In this document: positions 26,660 to 40,000 of the stretch, in pieces
Layout of the letters: every line of letters begins with the position of its first letter
Numbering within the stretch: the stretch's first letter is position 1
Assembly (NCBI GenBank): GCA_036785375.1
Contig: JAWMAR010000148.1
Location: 4,278,001 to 4,342,000 of the forward strand
DNA length: 64,000 nucleotides
Source: Leucoraja ocellata
Taxonomy: Eukaryota
Direction: 5' to 3'
Notes under the pieces: model-generated
What the model saw: only the letters and a program-made list of their open reading frames with translations
Databases searched by the model: none
Told to the model about the DNA's origin: nothing
Program-made: the position numbers and the translations under genes

Positions 26660-27080
26660 AGAGCAATGGAATAGCCTCTAATTGCTTGGAGAACACAGCT
26701 CACTTTGGAAGCTAAAGACCGTACATGACAAAGTTGGATTGATACTCCATCCAACGCCTTAATGTTGCATTCCATACATCCTGGCACATCATGGTTGCAG
26801 TGACCATCATCTAAAAATACATTGGAGCAGCTTGGGTCACTAAATGCATCTTGCACATTTAAGATTTCTGCTATCCAAGAGGACAAGGGATGGGACACCA
26901 TAACCTGGAGGATTCCCAAGTGGCATACCATCGGGATTTAAAAATACAAAATCATTCCTTCATCATCACTAGGTGTGAATCTCGGAACTTTGTACCTTGC
27001 AGCATTGTAGACATACCTCAACTAGGATAGCATTAGGTCAACAAGTGGCTCACACCAAATTATTGAAGTAAATTAGGGTT
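26660..27080 (+). mobile_element. Old CR1/L2-group LINE 3' remnant
   Basis: Diverged similarity to a common shark LINE 3' end as I recall it (GAGGACAAGGG...ACACCA...TTCCCAAG...TTCCTTCATCATCACT). Confidence 0.5.
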
Positions 27081-28260
27081 AACAATGTGATTGTCAGAAG
27101 CATGTGTTTCCCAAAATATAAAATAAATGTACAGGTGTGAAAGGATTTTGATTTGGCATCCATTTCTTTTCTTAAAAGATGAATATCTAAGCAACGTCAA
27201 TATTTAAGCCACTGTAACATTTCCTCAGGAAGACGTCCGAGAGTGCCGTACATACATTTTGCATCAGGTAACAATATTATATTTAAATAAATAATAGGTT
27301 GGTTCAATTAACAATTTGAAAATTGACACAAAAGGAAATAAAATTATATGAATTAGCATTGCTTTTTTTTGGAGTTATGATGCCCCTGACATCCTCCAAA
27401 CAAGTGATTATGGTGAACATGTATGTTTGTGAGGATGCTCAGAATCCACATGTTAAGTGCTTTAATAACATTTTTTCAAGTTGTAAAACTCCACACAAGG
27501 TTGTGTGTCAAGCACGGAGGAACTATTTGCTGACTTTTATTGTCACAATTTGCTCCTGGATATGGGTGCAATAATATGTATGTGTGCAGTGATACATTGA
27601 GTGGACAGCACACTGAGCAGCATATACAAGCGGAAGGGCAGCCTCCTACCTGAATCTCAGAGGAACAATATGGGTTCCAATAAATGTGTCCTCACTTGAA
27701 TCTGTGAATATGCACATCACCAGATTCAGGGACAACTTCTTCCCAGCTGTTATCAGGCAACTGAATCATCCTACCACAACTAGAGAGCAGTCCTGAACTG
27801 CTATCTACCTCTTTGGTGACCTTTGGACTACCCTTGATCGAACTTTGCTGGTTTTACCATGCACTGAAGTTATTCCCTTACACTGTAAATGGCTCAATTG
27901 TAATCGTGTGTTGTCTTTCTGCTGACTGGATAGCACGCAACAAAGGCTTTTCACTTGCACATGGTACGAGTGACAATTAACTAAACTGAACTGATCTGCT
28001 ACTTCCTGCATCCATGACTGGACAGCACATAGAACACATTGGCAGAGCCGGTGGCGGTGATGATTGCAGTCTTTGTCTCTAGCTCCTTCCAGATTAGTGT
28101 TGGGGAGACTTGCAACATCATTTAGATAACTAGGCACCCTGTGTAAACAAGATCAGTGAGGCTCTCCATTCAAAGAGAAGTGGCTTTATTTAATTATCTG
28201 CACTGGGGGATTGACCGTTAGGGAGAACAATCTTCTTTGCCATGGCTGCTTTGCTTTTGA

Positions 28261-28437
28261 AGATAGACAAAAGTGCTGGGGAAACTCAGCGGGTGCAGCA
28301 GCATCTATGAAGCGAAGGAAATAGGCAACGTTTTGGGCCGAAACCCATCGCTCCATAGATGCTGCTGCACCAGTTGAGTTTCTCCAGCACTTTTGTCTAC
28401 CTTCGATTTTCCAGCACCTGCAGATTCTTCTTAAACA
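28261..28437. mobile_element. Palindromic Penelope-derived element (centre deleted)
   Basis: Inverted arms. 15-bp direct repeat CTGCTTTGCTTTTGA at 28246-28260 and 28438-28452. Confidence 0.85.
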
Positions 28438-29356
28438 CTGCTTTGCTTTTGAGTTGTGCATTTCTTGCTGCCCATTCTGAACCAAAATTAATTGAACTCC
28501 AATATGTAAAAGCAAAATACTGCTGCAAATACTGAATATGCATTTGGCTGCTCTACTAAGCTGCATTTAACCTCCAGCCATCTTCTATTGCCTGGACCAA
28601 AGACTTCATTTGCAGAATAATTCATATATAATCTCTGCACAGACAGTACCCATGATCAGGTTCGAACCCAGGCCTCTAGAGCTGTAAGGCAGCAACTGTG
28701 CCGCTGCACCACTGTGCCGTCCCATCACATTGAAGACAACACCTGGAGAACCTCTTGGCCTGGTCTTTAACAAGCCATTTCCATCATCAAAACCCAAAAT
28801 AAACACTGGGCACTGTTTCCTCCTGTACAGTGCCATGCTTCAATGTTTTTCCAGGTCTGACAGACAATGTACCCCTCCCCTTTCTGAGGTGACTGGATGT
28901 TGCAATCATGAAAATAACTGGACAGTATATTGTTGTTATGCTTTCTTCAAGCAGTTAATTGTGCATCATATCCCACTACATTTCCCGAGGCTATGAATTT
29001 AGCTCTCAAGCAATCTAAAATTATTGAATGATTGCCATGGAACAACATTCTCTTACCTAATCATCTCACTCATTCACGAATACCTCAATCGAATATCGGA
29101 TTGAACATTATTTTTTTTTTTTAAACATTGAAATTTCCCCCAAAGCACAGAATGACGTTCCCATTAGATTCATTTGAGATGAAGATACAACCTCCTATAT
29201 TTTGAGTTCTATGCAGACTTGTATATCATCAATAATGAACCTTATTATAACACTATAATCCTGATGTTAACAGTTTTCATGCAGTCAAATTAAACTGCTT
29301 TCATTTGAGGCCAATAACATTAACTACCGATGTTGGAAAAAGTAAAGCTTCCTTAC

Positions 29357-30950
29357 AGTTTGCATTTGAGATTCTCCAGGTCTTTCTCTGCAGTCTCCAA
29401 TAAGTCTTCTTGGCATCGTTAAATTACGTAAGCAGTGCGATGAATCACAGCTCTGTATCTGCACGTCAATATTTTCTTGGTCTCCCTTCTTAAAACTGAC
29501 AGTTTCATTTGTTTTTATTGTACCAGAATTGTCTTCGCTGGAAATATCCAATTTATTCCATTCATTTTTAGACCCAAACTTGCTGCAGTCTGCACAGTCT
29601 GAATGCCAGGTACATGAGCATTCTGTACTAACGGGCTTATTTTTTACATTGTTGACACCAGTTTCACTACGAGTGCCTGAGTCCAAGTTAATGGTATAGG
29701 AGCAGTCTGATTTGTTTCTATCAAATGTATTTGTATTAATTTCTGAAGGATCATGATGTATGGGAGGGGTATGTTGTTTTAATTCAGAATAATCTGTAGA
29801 GTTCACAATGTTCTTATGAAAGGAACCAGAACATGATGACTCGACTTTAGATTGTTTGTCAATTACACTGTTGCCAGATACTGCGCATTTCCAGTTCATT
29901 TTGCCGATGTAATTGACTTGTGATAGTTCTGATTTACCATGCTTACTTACAGTTCTTTCAGCAGTACGTTTTGTTTCAGATTTGCCAATTGTTTCAGGAA
30001 AGGAATCTGCAGAAGATAATTTTCTTTGTGTCTGTGGCTTAGGTGAAGTTTTTTTATCATTGTCAAGTTTAGCCTTTCTACATAACAAGAGTGGAGTATC
30101 GTGAGAAGGGGTTCTGCTCTTTTTTCTGTTATTTTCCAATAAAATGCTTTCAGTATGGGTGGCAGAACTACAGAGAGTCTCTTTCCTTGTACTTGGGCTT
30201 TCCTCTTCAAAAAAGCTCTGCAGTCGCTTTGCACTCGAACTTGACTCTTGCACGGTATTAAAATGGCTTCCAGAAACAGATGGAGGGCTTTGATCACAGT
30301 AACTCAGTTGTTGGGCAATTCGTGCAATCACTTCTTCCCGTTCCTGAAGCAAGCTTCCTATCAGAGGGTTCATCTCACCTGAAGAAATCTGGGAAGCTGA
30401 ACTGCTGGTTTGATTGGAATCTGTCGCAGAGAATGACTTTAATGTTTTGACTGAATGGGTTTCACAACGATGGACTTTAGTTATTTCAGCAGTGTTTGTC
30501 CAATTACAAGGTTGAGTCTTAGTTTGTGAATTTCTGATTTCAGGTATTTTGTCAGCATCACTTAATGGTCCCATTTTGCTTGTGTCCAAGATCTCAGGAG
30601 AAGGGCATTTTCTTACGTTTATGGAACTTGTTGGCAACAATTCATGGTTTCGAACAGCTGTGTAAGCCTGCTTGTTGTACCTCTGTTGGATCCCTGGTGT
30701 GTTGCTGTACTCTTGCTCTTTTACATTGGTATGTTGATAAGCATCCTTCTCTTGACTGGGCATAGTTTTCCCAAAGAAACTGAAGTTGGTGTGAATACTG
30801 CATGTTAACAGCGGGTAACTTGGCTGCCTTGGCAAGGACAGAACGCTCACTCGCAAAGCCAGGCTGTGTGAAATATTAGGAACTGGAAACACATGTTCAA
30901 CTGGAGGCTGATTAAAATTTAGCAACATGTCTTCATCTGTTGCACTTATT
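29357..30950 (-). CDS. ATOSA: ATOSA large central exon (1594 nt): ISATDEDMLLNFNQPPVEHVFPVPNISH...QMQT
   Basis: Overlaps the 534-aa ORF 29324..30928. Acceptor atttag at 30951-30952, donor GTAAGG below 29357, phase 2 in and 0 out. EHVFPVPN, SLPRQ and NPLIGSLLQEREEVIARIAQ motifs match FAM214A. Confidence 0.93.
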
Positions 30951-31701
30951 CTAAATATAAAAAAAACAACAAATTTAAGATGTCACAAACAAAAGCATTA
31001 GAATATTGTATGATGCTATCGTTCAAACTCTCCATTAACTTGGTTAGTGTCAGATTTTGGCCTCATCCAGTAAAGAAAGTAGTTTATTTCTCATTTACCC
31101 TATTTACCTTAAACACTGAAAACTATCATTCCTTAAATAAAGAGGCATTGGAGCCAAATGCATATTGTCAAATGCATTGGGGCCAAAACAATGACATTCT
31201 TACTTGATTTAGCCTTACAGGCTGCAGCAGTATTCCCTCAGTTCTATATTTCAGTCAGTGTCATACAGCATTGAAACAGGCCTTTCAACTCAATGTCCAT
31301 GCAAACCAATTTGCCTCATCTAAGCTAGTCCCATTTGCCCCAATTTGACCCATATCCTTCTAAACCTTTCTTATCCAAGTACCCGGCCAAGGGTCTTTTA
31401 AATGTTGTTATTGTACCTGCCTCAACTACTTCCTCTGGCAGCTCATTCCACACACCCACCTATTTCTGAGTGAAAAAGTTGCCTCTTCAGGTTCCTACAA
31501 ATTATTCCTCCCTCACCTTAAATTTATATCCTCTAGTCCTCGACTCCCCTACCCTTAAAAAGGACAAAATATATGCTATTATGAACATAGGCATTACATT
31601 TGAAAAATGTATTTCTAGATTACATTCATAAGAAGGCATAATTTTAAGTTATCCAAAGTCATAATTTTGAAATAATAATAATAATTCCAGACATCACTCA
31701 C

Positions 31702-31827
31702 CGATACAGAATATTGCGTGGAACAGCACCTTGTGACGCACTCAGCCAAGCACTCAGCTGAGAAAAGAAGACATAAGAACGGACAGCCTGCAGAAGGCTT
31801 TTCTCTTCAATAAAACGATCTCCAGTT
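31702..31827 (-). CDS. ATOSA: ATOSA coding exon: TGDRFIEEKSLLQAVRSYVFFSQLSAWLSASQGAVPRNILY(R)
   Basis: Hand translation. Acceptor tcataag, donor GTGAGT, 126 nt, phase 2 in and 2 out. Confidence 0.95.
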
Positions 31828-33311
31828 CTTATGATTAAAAAGAGGGAAATATTAATAATAGTTAGTACAAAGCGTTAATAAAACTAAGCATCTGTTAAAC
31901 ACAGACACTAGTGAAACACTCTCAAAATCTAATTCTGTCATTGGACAATGAGAAATACTTGACTGGGGAAGTGAAGGGAATGGTAACTCTTGCTCGTCTT
32001 TCTCAAACAAGTCATTCAGTTAAGAACGCAATTGGTGCCCAACGTGTCAATGATTTCATGATTTTGTTTAAGAAAGTAGATGTGCTACACACCAAAACTC
32101 TTCAACTATGCATTCATTAACCAAAAGACTTGGTAATTCTAATATATACCTGACAGTTTCCTCATTCTCAAGGTATTTCAAAACTCTGCTGCAGTTGCCC
32201 CTTTCTCTTATCGCGCTGCATGATAATTTATAAGGGCACCTAGTTAAGCAATACCGTGGTCACTTCTCATCCGGGCCAAAAGTCCCCCCCATGACATCTA
32301 CATATCTGTTCCAGAGATCATTCTCAGATTTAAATGGCTCCGCTACTCATGGCTGTATCTACAGCTGCCAAGTGCCAAATAACCTCCCTACCTCTGCTCT
32401 ACCTTGAAGCCACCTCCATTAAAACAAACTCATGTGACACAGGTTTTGGGCATCATCCCTAACTGATCATTATGGGCCCACATAACATTTTGCTTGGTAA
32501 CCCTTCTTGGTGCCCTGTGGAATTAAAGACACCAAAGGTACTTGTATTTTCTGAAGGTGAGTGAAACTTATTTATGTTTTACCCAAATTTATATGTAACC
32601 TCCTAATTTTTACTTTGTTTTTAATCACAGTGCTGCAGAGTACTTCATCCATTATTCAAATTAACGGAGGTTTTTCTCAGTGAAAAATATTCCTCCCAAT
32701 GCAAAAACTAAACGTATAAACCCAGGGAATCTGAACAGGAGGATATAGCAATTTAATGCTAATGTGCCGGAAATTGTGGCATTGAACTATTACAAGTCAT
32801 GTAAACACCTGTAAATCGAGATGCACAGCGATAAATTTAACTACCCAGGAGACTGCTACACATTTTATTCAATACTATTTGGTAGAGCAGGCTATAAAAG
32901 ACAGGGAAATACTTTAAAGATGCATTCAACACTAAATGTAGTCACATGCTTTCAGTAGCATGTGTAGCATTACACATGTGTAGCAGTAGCATTATTTTAC
33001 AATTTATCACAATGATTGCACCAAGAAATTTACATTGTACCTATAAAAGATGCTGTGTTTTACTTGTTGTGAAACAAAATGAGTAAACCCACAGCTGTAG
33101 TGTGCTGTGCCTGAACACATTCCAACAAAATACATGGCCTGTAAGCTAATTCTTACTCAGACAATGGTTTCTGTATTTATATTCTTTGTTTCAACTGTAT
33201 GGCATTATTCATTTTTTTATACAAGACAAAAGGAGGGAAAAAATATATAGATAGTCATTGATTTTGTTCATTTTTTTGAGTATTTCATTACAATGAAGAA
33301 CAAAGACTTAC

Positions 33312-33517
33312 TGTTTGGGCAGTGGCTGTAAAGACCACCTTTCTAGCAGTAAAGCATCTTGTTTGATAGCAGGGTCGTTTATATCACTTCCCTCGGTGGA
33401 TGGACCATCTGCATCACTATAGCAACAGTCAGGAAGCAACATCACCTCAACCATGATGGAAATGTTATTCCTCCACAGAACCAAAACCTGAGATTTGGTT
33501 CTTTTGGCCTGATAACA
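33312..33517 (-). CDS. ATOSA: ATOSA coding exon: CYQAKRTKSQVLVLWRNNISIMVEVMLLPDCCYSDADGPSTEGSDINDPAIKQDALLLERWSLQPLPK(Q)
   Basis: Hand translation. Acceptor ttgacag, donor GTAAGT, 206 nt, phase 0 in and 2 out. Motifs MVEVMLLPDCCYSD and KQDALLLERW are recognisable from FAM214A. Confidence 0.95.
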
Positions 33518-33751
33518 CTGTCAAAACACAGGTGCAAAGGAAAAGAAAATTAATAGAAAAATATCTGAACAACATTTTCTAGAACCAATCAAATCTTATA
33601 ATTTTGTGCCGGTAGATATGATGTTTATTTGAAAGAAAAGTTTAAGAAAAAATAGGAATTCTGTACATTTCATGTTTCATTTCGGAACATATGATAATAA
33701 AACACTCTTAAATTTTAATATATGGCGAGAACTTTAGTTATGAATCTATAC

Positions 33752-33936
33752 CTGCGGCACTTTTTCAGTGCATTCGTGCTTTGTACTTAAGGACTGTCCA
33801 AGCTGTGCTGGAGGGCAGTGAAACCCTTCTGTACGACCTTTCACAGAGCATTCTGGTGTCCGGCCCTCTGTGATTAGCAAGGTCAGAGAAAACAAAAACT
33901 CCTCTGCGTCATATTCAAAGTACTCATCTATAGTAT
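33752..33936 (-). CDS. ATOSA: ATOSA/FAM214A coding exon, N-terminal region: (D)TIDEYFEYDAEEFLFSLTLLITEGRTPECSVKGRTEGFHCPPAQ...KVPQ
   Basis: Translation matches my recollection of the human FAM214A N-terminus (DTLDEYFEYDAEEFLVSLALLITEGRTPECSVKGRTE). Acceptor tttacag, donor GTATAG, 185 nt, phase 1 in and 0 out. Confidence 0.95.
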
Positions 33937-36277
33937 CTGTAAACAACAAACAGAGTCTACTTAATGCACAGGATATCTATTCATCCTTTTTATTAGCTTT
34001 CAGTTTCAATGCATACGAATTGTTACAAGAAGCTGCTCCAAATACTAAACAACGCTACATGTTGTAGATGGCAGTTCCACAAGTTCACAAAGCTCAGTCA
34101 ACAAAAACTCTCCACCCGTAATCATGGGTAATCATGAACAATTGGCACAAGACAAAAGATGTGCAAGAAACTGACAAGGATTATTTGTGTTCATGCCAGC
34201 TGTTTGTGGGACAATTAAAATGGTCAAACAATTACATGGGGCTCTTTTAAATCACAAAATACAAGTTTCCGAATGTATTCCTCCATTACGTTTCACTTCG
34301 GGTGGCAGTTAGTCCTCAGTAGACATTGAAAGATGTGAACACGGCCAGTTATAAAAGCCCTTGTTTCCTCGTTAAATGTAATAATGTCCACATCCCATCA
34401 TACATAGAGAAGGATTCATGATGAAAAAACAGTCGATCCTTTGTTACCAGCTGATACCAAACCTAGCCAATAATTAGCAGCAGGAATTAAAATTTAGCAC
34501 TTCACGGCGATTATAATTGCAGCTGTCATTGGACATGTTGCGGAGCCCTTTCTGGGTTTTACTGTAAATTCTGCAATGCCAACAAAACTACAGCAACATT
34601 TTATTCTGCAGCCACAATGATATATTGAGCAAGGTAAATATTTCAGAACATCATTGTAATCATTAAAATGTACAAAATATGAACAATTGTGTGTATGACA
34701 GTGTCATTTCCAGTTCAATCTGTAAAGAATACAATAGGAAATGTAATTCAGGAATAATTCCATGAGGAGTCCAGCTATTTCCATTAGTACTACTAAAATG
34801 AGCATAGTCCACCTGAATATTTATGCAATCACTTTTGGATACTCAAAATTACATTGTCAATAGCATCTCCTGAAGTTCAGACCATAATTTGTCTTGGCAC
34901 AGTGATATTTAATTATGGCACGATTATATATTACCTCTATATGTGTGTGAAAATTCTCCAGCATTTACCAGAATCTTTCATATACACTTTACTTGACAGA
35001 AATACTGTATTCTACAGATGATTCCCCCCCCCCCCCCCCAATATTAAATATCAAATCACAATGCTCAAGAATCTGGAGCAAATGATGTGCTGGAAGAACT
35101 CAGCAGGTCAGGCAGCATCTGTGTAGGAAATGGACAGATGGCATTTCAAGGCATGACCTTTCTTCCGACTTCACACCAAAAGTCCAGAGAGGGTAGAAGG
35201 CCTACAGGGGTCCAGGAAAAGGGGGAGGAGGAACGGTCCCAACCCGAAACATCACTTGTACATTGTCTCCACAGATGCTGCCCGATCTGATGAATTCTTC
35301 CAGCACTTTGCATTTCAATAACATGGAGTTTTCTTTGAAGCTTCAATTTCCCAGTAACTTGATCAATTATGTCAAGTGCCTTCCACTTCTGAAAACCCAG
35401 AATTAATTCATCCCAGCCTCTACCCATTAGCTTCTGGACAATAAATGGATGTATTGAATCGGTTTTCCAATTGTTTATTATCTGCAGAATCTAATAATTG
35501 TGATATCCCATTGCTCTTTGTAATTTGCCTCGGTTCCTTACAAAGCCACCTGCTAATGGATATTAGGCATGGCTTGTGGTAGCATCTTTGCTCATGAGAA
35601 GATGGTGGGTTCGAGCACTACTTATCAGATTCCAAACTGCACTTGCCCTATAGTAACCAAGACCAAAAGTTATTTCAGTTTTCCACAAAATATAACATCC
35701 CACAAAAGGCAACAAGTTCAATTCTGGGGCAAAGTTGCAAATGAGTGGTCAGAGTATTACATGTCTAGTTGCCAGCAGACAAATTATGGGTTGGGTAATT
35801 GAGAAAGACAAGTGACGATGGATGCCGGAGGGGAGGAGTAATGCAATATTATTTTTTGCTAATGCCAAAATATATTTGACATTCTTGCATACAAAAATTA
35901 ATGGTTTGATTCAAATAGTTAAGTTGCTTTATTTCATGTTGACTGACCAAAGAATAACGGTTATGATGGATTCCATTTATTTCAATCAATACAACTTGTC
36001 TTTGCACAATAACAGACTGACCACACCAAACATTCTGATATCATTTAACTAAAACACAGTAGGCTAGGATAACACCTCTTGGCGGTGCAGACTTATGCCG
36101 TTTTCTGTGTCCTCTTCACAGAAATGAAACAGAATGTGTTCTATAAAATAATAAATATAAAGTTCTTCCACTGTTTACATATTATTTACTTGTGGGGAAT
36201 ATCTTACATCTTGAAGTATTCTAAAAAATGTAGATGACTCCTGTTTAAAATAATTAAATAAACTAATGATTTCATAT

Positions 36278-36341
36278 CATGTAGGAAAGAACTGCAGATG
36301 CTGATTTAAATCGAAGGCGATTCCAACATTTTGTGTCTACC
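36278..36341. mobile_element. 64-bp remnant of the same Penelope-derived family
   Basis: GTAGGAAAGAACTGCAGATGCTG...CATTTTGTGTCTAC between 13-bp direct repeats AATGATTTCATAT (36265-36277, 36342-36354). Confidence 0.75.
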
Positions 36342-36865
36342 AATGATTTCATATTCTTTGTTAGGATAGTATGCAAGATGTTCAAGTAATTACTATTCAA
36401 TTGTAGACACCGTTTGCTTTAAACAAAATGTAGCAAAAAAGATAGCAAATAATGAATGAGATTAGTCAAATATTTTGGTGGAAGATTATTTTGCAGGTCA
36501 TTTAGAGATCAGCCTCCGTGTCTGTCGATCTACCCAAATCAGCTGAAATAAAAGATGTCTTAATTTAATACAACATAATAAAGAACACTTCAGTGAAATG
36601 CCATCCAAAACCATACATTCAAATCTTAGAGGAGCTTGAACTCAGAATATTTTATTCAGAAGTAACAGAGACCCAACTGAGAAAACTTACATGAACCATT
36701 TGATCTGCATAAAGTATGTAATTTTTGTGCAAAGGTTTACATGACAATTGTACTTCCCAAAATAATCAGAAAAAGTTTATTGAATACAAATGTAATTATT
36801 GTATTAAAAGTAATTTATACTACAGCTATTAAGTATACAGTCAGAATAAACACTATTTAGGTGGC

Positions 36866-37086
36866 CACAAAATGCTGGAGTAACTCAGCGGGCCAGGCAG
36901 CATCTCTGGAGAGAAGGAACGGGCGACGTTTCGGGTCGAGACCCTTCTTCAGTCTTCAGTCTGAAGAAAGGTCTCGACCCGAAACGTCACCCATTCCTTC
37001 TCTCCGGAGCTGCTGCCTGTCCCGCTGAATTACTCCAGCATTTTGTGTCTACCTTCGATTTAAACCAGCATCTGCAGTTCTTTCCT
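36866..37086. mobile_element. Palindromic Penelope-derived element with two opposed hammerhead-like cores
   Basis: About 90-bp inverted arms centred near 36955. Direct repeat ACACTATTTAGGTGGC at 36850-36865 and 37087-37102. Confidence 0.88.
36957..36991 (+). ncRNA. Minimal hammerhead-ribozyme-like motif (CTGAAGA-A-AGGTCTCGACCC-GAAA-CGTC)
   Basis: Core boxes CUGAnGA and GAAA, stem II hairpin, palindromic ACGU stem III, GUC triplet. Stem I is very short, so activity is uncertain. Confidence 0.55.
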
Positions 37087-40000
37087 ACACTATTTAGGTG
37101 GCAATTTTTTGTTGTTATTTCTGGTATCATTGCAATACTAACAGTAGATTTAGTTCAAGTAAAAAAGATAGTTGATGCTTATTGACGCATTGTGAGTCAC
37201 AAACTGCACAAGTTCGAAACATGTGTCGGAAGGAATTGCAGATGCTGTACAGCGGGACAGGCAGCATCTCTGGAGAGAAGGAATGGGTGACGTTTCGGGT
37301 CAAGGCCCTTCTTCACTCTGAAGTTACTCCAGCATTTTGTGTCTATCTTCAAGTTCTGATCAGTCGGAGACAATAATGTTTACGAGAGAGCATTGGTCTA
37401 GTTTGTGAAATCACGCTGTACATTGCAAAGCAGCAATTCATAAACTTTGTAGATTGAATACTAATACCTATATAGCTCGTGCTTAAACCTGCAACATAAT
37501 AATTAAAGTCAATGGGGTTTACTAACAAGGATTTCTACAAGAAACTATTTATTCAATATTTTACCTTTAATTCTGAAGCTGATTTAGTCAAGTTTAATAA
37601 TCACCATCTTCTGTTTAAATGGCAGGCTGAAAGGTTTATTTTTTTTACTCCAGCATACACCATCCAATTTGTTGTGTATCTTGATCATAATAAGAGTGGA
37701 GTTAGAGGCCATTCATTCTTCCTGCCTTCCACCATTCCATATCACAATGAGTCTTTACCTCAGCCACTCGACTGTACTCACCTCATATCCCTTAATTGCT
37801 GAAGATGTATTGATCTGCTTGAGTTTATTCAGTGACAGGGCCTCTTGCATAGAGAATTCTGAGGATTCTCTAATCTCTGGGTGAAGTTTCTTCATCTTCC
37901 AACTTGAATTGTCAACCTCCTATTTTGACACTGAGAACCCCGACACTGAGCAAGAGAAAACAGTATTCCACAATCTATCCTATCAATCCACAGAAAATTT
38001 GTGCATGTTTTAATGTGATCACGTTTCATTCTACTGAACTCAAGTGCAGCGTATTGGTCGATTTGCTTAAACAGGGTATGTGAAAAAGCAATGAGATGAG
38101 CAGCAATAATGAGTTTTAAATGACATGGGAGCAAATTAGGTGATCACCATGTTATGTGTTGCTTTACTCACTAGTGCAAAGGTACACAAATGAACACATC
38201 ATATGCTACACGATAAATCAATAAAATGAGTCATTTAGCTTTAAGCAATTCAGCCGGACACAAAAAATACAAGGCAGAGCACAAGGTGAACGAGGGTCTA
38301 TATTTACTCTAGCAAATGACGAGTCAGTAACTATATATAATTGGAAAATAATCAACATAATGTTATAATAATTCAAACTTCAAAGTAGGAAAGAATAATT
38401 CTCTTCAAATACAACTTTGTAATACTGCATCTAATTTCACTTCATATGTCAAAAAAACAAATCGCCAGTACAAACTGTATTTATGAGGGAGTGGGAATGA
38501 AATGCTGCTTAAACAAATGGTTTATTTTAAAGAAGTTCAGAATGATAGTTAGCACTTGTGGAAGCCGCTAACAATTTCATAATATGAAAATAACTTGAAA
38601 TGTTTGTTCCAGTTTCAAAAATCAGAGAGAAAGAAAAACAGGATAAAAACTAATGTCCAAATACATTTCGAATGATTTCAAGATAATGTAACAGAACAAT
38701 AACCAGCAAAAGGAAGCAAACATTAAAATAAATCCCTTTATCTATTTTATCCTAATATAAAATACAGAACACATGTGAAAACCACTGGTTTAGTTCAGTG
38801 AAAATCTTGGGAGCAGAGGAAATAGCTGAGTACTGAAAAACAAGATGAGTGCTGGATGGGTTTCTTAGAAACAAAGCATAAGCCAGCTAGCTCCATCCTT
38901 TATGCTGATGTCATTGTGAACATAGGCAGCTGGGAATGTTTAGTCATAAACACAACACGCCCTGTATGTCACTGCTGTGTTTAACATTACTTCACATTAA
39001 CCGGATAGCTTCTAATGACATGCCCAAAGTTTAAATTCCAAAATAATTTACCCAGTTAACAGTTCCACACTGAACACATTAGTTAAATTCACACAATTCT
39101 TTTAAATGCTCTTTTATTGGCAGAGAACTGGATACCATATGGCCTCAGGTAAACCTTACTGCAACAAATGCCTTGCTCCAAAACAATGTGTATCCAAGCA
39201 CTCCACCCAAATGAAAGCATGGAGTTGTCAGCAGTGTTCACAATGGTATCATAGATCTCTACAAACTTTATAGCAACAGCAGCTTTGTGTTTATCGAGTT
39301 CATTTTAAAGTCGATGGTGCGTGGCACATGACAGAGAAGTGAGGAATCTGAATCTCAGTCACATAAAGGTTCTCGAGGATGATGGAAAGGACAAAGCTCA
39401 AAAGGAATGGGATTTGAGAATGATCTGGTGACCTTAAAATTCAGTACAGTTCTAGAATTCTATTTGTTCCCCCAGATAAGTAACATATTTTCACATGAAA
39501 TATAATTACATTTTCTATATTTGTTACTTGATGTCCGAGTTCTAGTGCTTCCCTCCCTTTCAGATTCACGTCAAAATGCAAAAACATTAATAAAGGCTTC
39601 TTTACCTGGTAATGGTTATGTCATTAATACACAACAGGCCAAAAAGAATGAGCTTAGAAGTAATATTCACTACATACAGTCAAAGAGTCATTCAGCATGA
39701 AGTAGACCTTCAATCCAACTTAGTTCTGACCAAGATACTCCACCTACATTCATCTCATCTGCCCACATTTGGTCCACATCTCTCTAAACCTTTCATATCT
39801 ATGTACCTGTCCAAAAGTCTTTTAAATGTTGCAGTACCTCCCTCAACTACTTCCTTTGGCAGCTCGTTCTATATACCCACCACCCTCCACGTGAACCTCT
39901 CAGGTGCCTATAAATTCTTTCTCCTCTCACGTTAAACCTATGTCCATGAGTTCTTGATTCCCCTTAACTGGATAAAACACAGCATTCACCCTATCTATTC

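Noticed and set aside
29324-30928. 534-aa ORF as a stand-alone gene
   Set aside because: It is the large internal ATOSA exon. The frame extends past the listed start to an acceptor at 30950, and a donor at 29357 precedes the stop.
36866-37086. Interpretation as a DNA-type MITE or a miRNA gene
   Set aside because: Arms are asymmetric and variable between copies, the flanking duplications are 13-16 bp, and the sequence links to a Penelope endonuclease. No evidence of miRNA processing is visible from sequence.
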